Shown one piece after another: positions 57,646-64,000 of a stretch of DNA of 64,000 nucleotides. A model generated the notes under the pieces. It worked only from the letters and a program-made list of their open reading frames with translations, ran no database searches and had not been told where the DNA came from. The DNA lies in the NCBI GenBank assembly GCA_964384945.1, contig CAYLMK010000001.1:125859-189858 (forward strand). The letters are read 5' to 3'. Positions within the stretch are counted from its first letter, which is position 1. Each line of letters starts with the position of its first letter. The position numbers were made by a program, and so were the translations under genes. This DNA comes from an uncultured Thermodesulfobacteriota bacterium (GTDB taxonomy: Bacteria; Desulfobacterota; DSWW01).

Positions 57646-58632
57646 CTACCGGCGGGCAAGGACCTCCTCCATCCTCGCCCGTATCTCCTCGCGGGTGACG
57701 ACCGCGGTTCCGAGTTTCTCGACCACGAGCCCCCCTGCAACGTTGCTCAGGACCGCCGCCTGCCGAAAGCTCGCACCCACCACCAGGGCGGAAGTGAAAA
57801 CGGCGATGACCGTATCCCCGGCGCCGGAGACATCGTAGACCTCCCGGGCCCTGGCGGGAATCGCGAAGGGAGGCTTCGACGCCTCGAAGAGACACATGCC
57901 CTGCTCCCCCATCGTGATCAGCACAGCGTCGCTCTCGAGCCTCGCCAGCAGCCGGCCGCCCGCCTCGTGGAGCCCTCTTTCGTCCTCGATCGGAACGCCC
58001 GCCGCCTCTTCCGCCTCCAGCCGGTTCGGCGTGATTGCGGTGACCCCTTTGTAGAAATCGAAGTGGTCCCTCTTCGGGTCCACGGTCACGATCTTTCCGA
58101 GGCCCCTGGCCATGGGAACGATCTCTCGCAGAAGCCCCTCCTGAATCACCCCCTTGCCGTAGTCCTCCAGGATCAGGGCGTCCACACCGGCGACCGCCTC
58201 CCGCAAGTGACCCTTCATGTCCTCCAGGCCCTTGCCCGCCAGGGCCCTTCTGTCCTCGCGGTCCACCCGAACAACCTGCTGCTTGTGCGCGATGATCCGC
58301 GTCTTCAGGATCGTGGGCCGCCCGGAATCCCGGATGACCCGTCCGGTGTCGATCCCTTTCTGATGCAACATCTCCAGCAGCATGCGACCGTGGGAATCGT
58401 CTCCCACGACCCCGCAGATGCCCACCGAGACGCCGAGGGCATTCAGGTTGTTGGCCACGTTGGCGGCGCCGCCGAGCGAAAAGCTTTCCCGGACCACATC
58501 CACCACAGGGATGGGGGCCTCCGGGGAAATCCGGCTCACCTTGCCCCAGATGTATTGATCCAGGATCAGATCCCCGAGAATCAGGATCCTGGCCCGATCG
58601 AATCCATCGAGAATCCTTCCCAAGCCTTCCAT
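57646..58632 (-). CDS. D-glycero-beta-D-manno-heptose-7-phosphate kinase (RfaE/HldE domain I, PfkB-type kinase)
   Basis: ILILGDLILDQYIWGKVSRISPEAPIPVV..., and the PfkB sugar-kinase motif DVSGAGDT. No domain II (adenylyltransferase) in this ORF. Confidence 0.8.
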   Translation of the reverse strand: MEGLGRILDGFDRARILILGDLILDQYIWGKVSRISPEAPIPVVDVVRESFSLGGAANVANNLNALGVSVGICGVVGDDSHGRMLLEMLHQKGIDTGRVIRDSGRPTILKTRIIAHKQQVVRVDREDRRALAGKGLEDMKGHLREAVAGVDALILEDYGKGVIQEGLLREIVPMARGLGKIVTVDPKRDHFDFYKGVTAITPNRLEAEEAAGVPIEDERGLHEAGGRLLARLESDAVLITMGEQGMCLFEASKPPFAIPARAREVYDVSGAGDTVIAVFTSALVVGASFRQAAVLSNVAGGLVVEKLGTAVVTREEIRARMEEVLARR

Positions 58633-58871
58633 CGAACCCCCTCCGGAGACGGCGCCTTGACGCCGGGTATGGGCTTTCTTGACGCTCGAAGCGGCCGAGC
58701 AATCGGTCGCAAAGCATTGGCGAGCCAACAGAGCGGGTCCGATTATACGGGAGCGGCGAGCGAAGGGTCAACGCGTTTGCGCGAGGCCAAGACGGCCTCC
58801 GGTCCTTTTTGTACAGTCAAAAACCTCTTGTTTTTTCGCTGGTTGGATACGGAGGGGCGGGGCCGTTCCGT

Positions 58872-58900
58872 TTGTCTTTTCCCCTTGCTATGCATATAAT
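58872..58900 (+). promoter_or_regulatory. sigma-70-type promoter (-35 TTGTCT, 17-nt spacer, -10 TATAAT) upstream of the receiver-AAA-HTH-LpxC gene
   Basis: Read directly in the sequence, about 65 nt upstream of the ATG at 58968. Confidence 0.45.
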
Positions 58901-58967
58901 GCCTGCTGTCCCGGCCGCCTTTGCGGATCAGGCTCGAGCAACCCATTCCACAGGAAGAACCCCTGCC

Positions 58968-61196
58968 ATGTTCAAGGCCAAGCTGCTCGTCGTCGACGAC
59001 GGAGAGGACATCCTCAGCATGCTCAGCGGGAGCCTCGAAGATGAGGGCTACGAGGTCTGGACGGCTCGAGACGGGGCCGAGGCCATGCAGCTCGTCCGCA
59101 CGAAACATCCGGACATCATCTTCCTGGACATCTGGCTCCCCGGCATGGACGGCATCCAGACCCTGAAGGCCATCAAGGAATTCGATGCCGACATCGACGT
59201 CGTCATCATGACCGGACATGGCACCGTAGGGACGGCCGTTCAGGCCATCAAGCTGGGCGCGGCCGACTTCCTCGAGAAGCCCCTGTCCCTGGATCTCGTC
59301 CTGGATACCATCCGAAGGATCCTCGAACAGAACCTCCTCCAGAGGGAGGGCGGGCCGGAGGCAAAGCTACGCAGTCCGCGCAGGGACGAACTGATCGGTA
59401 ACAGCCAGGCGGTGCGTGACCTCCGGAAGGAGATCAACCGCGTGGGAAAGGAGGAGGGGCCGGTTCTCATCGTGGGAGAGCCGGGGGCGGGCAAGGAACT
59501 GGTCGCCCGGGTCCTCCACAGCAGGAACCTGGGCAAGAGGAGGCCTCTCATCAAGTTTGCGAGCACCATATGGCCTGAGGAAGAACTGGAAGAAGAGATC
59601 TTCGGCCCGGACCCGAACGGATCGACGAAGCGAAAAGAAAACCGGAAGTCGCTTTTCGAGCAGGCCTCCGGCAGGGTTCTCTACCTGGATGCGATTGACG
59701 AACTCCCTCTGCCCGTCCAGACGCGGCTCGCCCAGGTGCTGGCCGAACGCAAGAAGGTCCGCTCGGCTCCTTCCGGCCTGCCGAAAGGGCCGGTCCGCAT
59801 CATCGCCTCCACCACAAGGGACCCGGACAAGGGAAGGCGGGACGGCGTTCTCAGCGAGGAGCTTCTCGAATGCTTCCAGGGACGCATCTTGAAGATTCCG
59901 CCCCTTTCCGAAAGGAAATCCGACATTCCGGACCTGACCCGCTTCTTCCTGAAGACCCTTTGCATGGACTACGGAAGAAGGCCGAAAGAGATTGACGACG
60001 AGGCCCTGCAGACCCTGGTCGCCTTCGACTGGCCCGGCAATGTCAAGGAACTGAAGAACATCGTGGAACGTCTTGTCATCTCGGTCCCGATCTCCAGGAT
60101 CACGGCCCGAGACATCCCGCCCTCGATCCGAGGCAAGGCCCCGGCGCAGGCGGAAGGCGCGAGGAGCCAGGCCTTCGAGATCTGGGATTCCTACCGGGAG
60201 GCCCAGCAATCCTGGGAGAAGGAATACCTGCTCTACCATATCAAGAAGAACGAGGGGGACCTGAAGACAACGGCCAAGGCCCTTCACATGGACCCGCGAC
60301 GGCTGGCCCGGAAGGCGGACAAGCTGGGCCTCTTGAGCAAGCCCGAGGCCTCCAAGCCGGTCCTGAGGCAGCGGACCCTGCGGCGAAGCGTGGTCCTGGC
60401 CGGGCAAGGCCTCCACTCGGGGGTGAAGACAGGTCTGATTCTCACCCCTCTACCTCCGAACAGCGGCATTCTGTTCGGAAACATCTCGACCGGCGAGGTC
60501 GTCCCGGTGCACGTGGACCACGTGCAGTCCACGGGGTACGCAACCTGCCTGCAAAAGGGCGCAACCTCCGCGAAGACGACGGAGCATTTTCTCGCCGTAC
60601 TCCACAGCTACCGCATCTCCAATCTGCTCGTGAAGATCGAAGGCGAGCTGCCGATCATGGACGGTTCTTCCCTGGACTTCTGCGCCATCGTCGAAGACGC
60701 GGGCATCGAGGAACAGGACGAACCGCTCGAGGAGATCGTCATCGACAGGAAATACGTAATCGGCAAGGAGGGGCCCGACGAAAAGTTCCTCCGGATCGAG
60801 CCGGCCGACACCTTCCAGGTCCACTACCTGCTCCATTACCCGGAGCCCATCGGAAGGCAGGAGGTGGATTTCACCCTCAAGAGCGAGAAGGAGTTCAAGG
60901 AGCTGATCGCCCCGGCCCGGACCTTCGGCTTCCTCAAGGACATCGAGAAGATGGAAAGCATGGGGCTCGCGAGCGGCGGCAAGCTCACCAACGTCATTCT
61001 GGTGGACGAAGAGAAGGTGGTGAACACGACCCTGCGGTTTCCGGACGAATTTGCGCGGCACAAGATCCTGGACATCCTGGGGGACTTCTACCTGCTCGCC
61101 AGGCCGGTGCGCGGCAGGATCACGGCCCAGAAGACGGGGCACTCGGAGAACGTGGCCATGATGCGGATGATCCGGGAGCAGATGAAGATTGTCTGA
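58968..61196 (+). CDS. lpxC: fusion protein: response-regulator receiver + degenerate NtrC-type AAA+ domain (no GAFTGA) + Fis-type HTH + full-length LpxC
   Basis: Receiver: LLVVDDGED, IIFLDIWLPGMDG, VIMTGHG, FLEKP. AAA+: GEPGAGKELVAR, Walker B VLYLDAIDEL; the GAFTGA position reads GPDPNGSTKRK. Fis HTH: LARKADKLGL. Linker SKPEASKP. LpxC: RQRTLRRSV..., TTEHFLAVL, ARTFGFLKDIE, HKILDILGD, KTGHSEN (all Zn/catalytic residues present). No stop codon between the domains. Confidence 0.75.
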   Translation: MFKAKLLVVDDGEDILSMLSGSLEDEGYEVWTARDGAEAMQLVRTKHPDIIFLDIWLPGMDGIQTLKAIKEFDADIDVVIMTGHGTVGTAVQAIKLGAADFLEKPLSLDLVLDTIRRILEQNLLQREGGPEAKLRSPRRDELIGNSQAVRDLRKEINRVGKEEGPVLIVGEPGAGKELVARVLHSRNLGKRRPLIKFASTIWPEEELEEEIFGPDPNGSTKRKENRKSLFEQASGRVLYLDAIDELPLPVQTRLAQVLAERKKVRSAPSGLPKGPVRIIASTTRDPDKGRRDGVLSEELLECFQGRILKIPPLSERKSDIPDLTRFFLKTLCMDYGRRPKEIDDEALQTLVAFDWPGNVKELKNIVERLVISVPISRITARDIPPSIRGKAPAQAEGARSQAFEIWDSYREAQQSWEKEYLLYHIKKNEGDLKTTAKALHMDPRRLARKADKLGLLSKPEASKPVLRQRTLRRSVVLAGQGLHSGVKTGLILTPLPPNSGILFGNISTGEVVPVHVDHVQSTGYATCLQKGATSAKTTEHFLAVLHSYRISNLLVKIEGELPIMDGSSLDFCAIVEDAGIEEQDEPLEEIVIDRKYVIGKEGPDEKFLRIEPADTFQVHYLLHYPEPIGRQEVDFTLKSEKEFKELIAPARTFGFLKDIEKMESMGLASGGKLTNVILVDEEKVVNTTLRFPDEFARHKILDILGDFYLLARPVRGRITAQKTGHSENVAMMRMIREQMKIV

Positions 61197-61842
61197 CAAG
61201 CCCCCCGATAAGACCGGCGACGCCTCTTCCGCCATACGACCCTGGCCTCTGCTGGACTCGAGGGTCCTGCACGCCTTTCCGATTTACAGGCTCCGTCAGG
61301 ACACGCGTCAATCCCCGCGAACCGGGAAGAGACACGATTTCCTCGTCCTCGATTCCAAGGACTGGATCAACGTGGTTTCCGTGACTCCGGAAGGAAACCT
61401 GGTCCTGATCCGCCAGTTCCGCCACGGAACCGCTTCCATAGTCTGGGAGATCCCGGGCGGAATCATGGACGAGGAGGACGAGAGCCCGGAGCAGGCGGCC
61501 CGGCGGGAGTTGCTGGAAGAGACGGGCTACGAACCCGAAGAAATGGTATTCCTGGGGGCCGTTCATCCCAACCCCGCCATTCAGAACAACCGGTGCCACA
61601 CGTTCCTGGCCCGCAACGCCCGGCCGATCAAGTCGCAGCGGCTGGACGGCTCGGAAGATATCGAAGTCCGGGAAGCCTCGTGGGCCGAGGTCTCCCGGAT
61701 GGTCGATCAGGGGCTGATCTCTCACTCTCTTGTGCTCACGGCCCTCTTCTGGTACGAACGACACCTGGCAAAACTTCCTCCCCCACCCCCACCGGCCAAG
61801 GCATCGCTCGAGGAGGTCGCGGCCCTGCTCAGACAGGGCTGA
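61189..61842 (+). CDS. NUDIX hydrolase (ADP-sugar pyrophosphatase-like)
   Basis: Nudix box GGIMDEEDESPEQAARRELLEETG. TTG start overlapping the last codons of the upstream fusion gene. Confidence 0.75.
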   Translation: MSDKPPDKTGDASSAIRPWPLLDSRVLHAFPIYRLRQDTRQSPRTGKRHDFLVLDSKDWINVVSVTPEGNLVLIRQFRHGTASIVWEIPGGIMDEEDESPEQAARRELLEETGYEPEEMVFLGAVHPNPAIQNNRCHTFLARNARPIKSQRLDGSEDIEVREASWAEVSRMVDQGLISHSLVLTALFWYERHLAKLPPPPPPAKASLEEVAALLRQG

Positions 61843-61951
61843 CGGGCCCGGACCCCCGCAGGGGGAGTCGAAACGGTCTCCTGCAAGCCCGGCCCACCCC
61901 GCACGCCCCACGCTTCTGCGGACATCCCGCCGGCGATCGGCGCAAAGGGGC

Positions 61952-62818
61952 TCACGGGTTCCTCCGCTCGTGACGGGCCCCGCCCGTGAAGTAGTTCCCC
62001 GGCAGCCGTCGGGTCACCCTTCGGGTCGGGTTGATTCGCTCGACCGAAAGCCCGAAGACCCGCTCGAGGAAGTTCATGAGGATTCTGAAAGTGGCTCCCC
62101 AGAGGATTTCCTCTTCCGCGCCGTCGTGGATGACCAGGCAGGGGTACTCCCATTCGTGCGTGCGTTGGCCCGCCTCCTCGGAGGGCACGGCGAGGAGGAA
62201 CCTGCAGACCGCGTAATTCTCAGGGTCCAGAAAGACACGAAGGGGAACCCGCAGGACGCTCTCCACCTCCCAGTTCGGGCGAGCCCTCCAGCCCGCCCTG
62301 ACATGTCCCACCACGGGAAAGATTACGCGCGGGAAGCTCTGCATCCAAAGCGAGGGCAGGGCCCCCATGTAAGCGACCCTCCAGGGCGGCAGGCGCATCT
62401 CCTCCCAGCTCTCTCTGAGAACCCCGGCGATCACGGAGAGAAACACCTCCCGCGACCCCGGCGAGGAACGGAGCAGCCTCCGGAAAGGCTCGGAACGCTC
62501 CATGGGCAGGATCTTCCACGCGAGAAGCCGGCTCAGGACCCGGTCCACCCTTCGGTCCACACCGCCGCCGGGAAAGCAAAGATCCCCGGCCTGCTGCACG
62601 TAAGCGGAACGCTTGTTCAGAATGACCGTGTATTGCCGACCCGAGACATCAAACTCGATCGGCAACAGCACCGCGGAGGCCGCACAAGACTCCCCAGCCT
62701 CCCGTCTGTCCGCCACGAACCGCATCTGTTTCGGAAAGTCGGCGGGTGAGGGCTCCAGCCTCTCGCCCAGGTGCTTGCGAAAGGCCTCCGGATGCCCGAC
62801 GAAGGCCTCATCGTCCAT
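61952..62818 (-). CDS. NudL-like CoA pyrophosphatase / NUDIX-fold protein (degenerate Nudix box)
   Basis: LNKRSAYVQQAGDLCFPGGGVD resembles the NudL signature. The REx2EE of the Nudix box is not obvious. Confidence 0.5.
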   Translation of the reverse strand: MDDEAFVGHPEAFRKHLGERLEPSPADFPKQMRFVADRREAGESCAASAVLLPIEFDVSGRQYTVILNKRSAYVQQAGDLCFPGGGVDRRVDRVLSRLLAWKILPMERSEPFRRLLRSSPGSREVFLSVIAGVLRESWEEMRLPPWRVAYMGALPSLWMQSFPRVIFPVVGHVRAGWRARPNWEVESVLRVPLRVFLDPENYAVCRFLLAVPSEEAGQRTHEWEYPCLVIHDGAEEEILWGATFRILMNFLERVFGLSVERINPTRRVTRRLPGNYFTGGARHERRNP

Positions 62819-63244
62819 CGACCTTCGCCTCCACACGGGTCGCATCCACAGAGGGCCCTCCCCCGAGGAATAAGATACTCGCCTTTGACCGCACGGACCC
62901 CGCAGGGGTCTTCCCGATCAAAGCGGCCTTGTCTTCTTCTCCGCCTCGATGAATCTAGAGGAGCAAAGGCAGGGCTGTCAACGCATCACTGCTGGGCGGG
63001 AGACCGTCTCGCCCGCCTCCGATTCACCTGTCGGACGCCCTCGAAGCCGCCTTCGGGGCGAACCATGCGGGCATGACGGCGAACATCGGAAGGACGAGAC
63101 GGATCGGCCGGAGCGGGAAGGATGCCCTTGGAAGACCGCGCAAACGCGCGCCGGGGCACAGGTCGCGTGAGCGCGCAGATTGGGCAACGGGTCGATCGGG
63201 ACGGCCGGCTCCGTGTTCGCGCGCAGGGAAGGCGGAAGGGGGAT

Positions 63245-63736
63245 TCACCGGGCAGGGGGGTGACGGAATCCTGCCGGAACGGCCGGCAGGTCCTCCTCGA
63301 TCGGCTCCACGTCCCGGCTCTCCGGGGACGGGCTCGGTTCGACCCGCCGGATCCGGGGAGGAAGCAGGCCGGATGCCCTTTGAAACTGCCACGCAAGATT
63401 CGTGTTCTCGTCGAACCAGTGGTTGTCCGCGTAACGCATTCCGGAAGGCATGCCCACGCCTTCCTCTCCAAGGCGTTCCATCAGCTCCGCGCCGTCCTTC
63501 ACCCATGCAACCCCCCGGAGATGGTGCTCCGCCGCATGGTGCGCGAGCGCTCCGTGCAAGGCGCGTATGTAGCCGTGGGCCTCCGCCTCCTCCGTCTCCT
63601 CCCTCTTGTCCTTCTTTGCATCCATGTAGCGCGTCACCGCAACGACGGACAGGAGACCCAGGGCGAAAAGCAGCGTCACGATCTGGATCAGCGTGGATAC
63701 CTTGTACTCCGCCGCCACATGCTCACCCATTCTCAT
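63245..63736 (-). CDS. hypothetical single-pass membrane protein
   Basis: Start MRMGEHVAAEYKVSTLIQIVTLLFALGLLSVVAVTRY (TM helix), then a His-rich soluble domain. Confidence 0.4.
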   Translation of the reverse strand: MRMGEHVAAEYKVSTLIQIVTLLFALGLLSVVAVTRYMDAKKDKREETEEAEAHGYIRALHGALAHHAAEHHLRGVAWVKDGAELMERLGEEGVGMPSGMRYADNHWFDENTNLAWQFQRASGLLPPRIRRVEPSPSPESRDVEPIEEDLPAVPAGFRHPPAR

Positions 63737-64000
63737 TCTGCTCTTCCCCCTCTTGACCCTCGGTCCGCGATTTCGCGCAGCAACCGACATCATTCCCGCC
63801 GCCCCCGTCGTCCGTTCCGATCGCCGGGTCCGCGCGCAACGGGCCCGCCCGGAGACCATGAAGAACAACTTGAAAAGTATGAATCCCACAACGATGTGAT
63901 GATAATACAAAAGTCCGGAAAGGCCTGTCAAGGGAAAGCTCCCAGACTCCCCCTGCGGAAACGGACACGCGCCCCCCGGATCCCCTCTTTGACAAGCTGC

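Noticed and set aside
63073-63756. 227-aa plus-strand ORF and 62986-63506 minus-strand ORFs in the last kilobase
   Set aside because: Pro/Arg/Gly-rich translations that overlap or lie antisense to the membrane-protein gene at 63245-63736. Composition artefacts.
1-64000. Searched for CRISPR repeats, transposase/integrase genes, phage genes, toxin-antitoxin pairs and tRNA-adjacent islands
   Set aside because: No direct-repeat arrays and no IS inverted repeats. There are no recombinase motifs, and both tRNAs are flanked by core genes. The region looks like core chromosome.

Overview
This 64 kb window is a gene-dense, high-GC (about 65%) segment of a Gram-negative core chromosome. It is deltaproteobacteria/Desulfobacterota-like in gene content: spoVG, H+-pyrophosphatase, a sigma-54 promoter, polyferredoxins and a Tat-exported DUF362 protein. 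I can support about 62 protein-coding genes and 2 tRNAs: tRNA-Ala(CGC) on the + strand and tRNA-Gln(UUG) on the - strand. I found no CRISPR arrays, transposases, integrases or obvious prophage material. Housekeeping content includes:
- replication and repair: priA, dnaB, mutS2
- ribosome and translation: rpsF-rpsR-rplI, ctc/rplY, pth, prs, ychF, hflX, dus, dksA
- shikimate pathway: aroE-aroK (translationally coupled) and aroC
- envelope: murG, mraY, uppS, a UDP-glucose dehydrogenase, two GT2 glycosyltransferases, a heptose-7-phosphate kinase, and an ExeA/GspA-GspB pair
- redox: a Tat-DUF362 + NapH-like membrane polyferredoxin + methyltransferase operon, a DoxX + rhodanese pair, and a TPR-TlpA/metallo-beta-lactamase/ApbE operon

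The features most worth follow-up are:
1. A single 743-aa ORF joining a complete receiver domain, a degenerate NtrC-type AAA+ domain lacking GAFTGA, a Fis-type HTH and a full-length, catalytically intact LpxC. It sits between a divergent heptose kinase gene and an overlapping NUDIX gene.
2. A MurG carrying a C-terminal HEAT-repeat extension of about 250 aa, translationally coupled to mraY in a non-canonical murG-mraY order outside a dcw cluster.
3. A consensus sigma-54 promoter driving a tiny membrane protein.
4. A three-gene overlapping redox/methyltransferase operon.
5. An hflX with an upstream in-frame coding-like region that lacks a start codon.
6. A MerR-HTH protein whose receiver-like domain has lost its phospho-acceptor residues.
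7. A low-GC gene embedded at the 5' end of dus.

Many long ORFs in the six-frame track are antisense or frame-shifted shadows typical of high-GC DNA, and I rejected them. Start codons were chosen by RBS and signal-peptide logic and are uncertain by a few codons in several cases.
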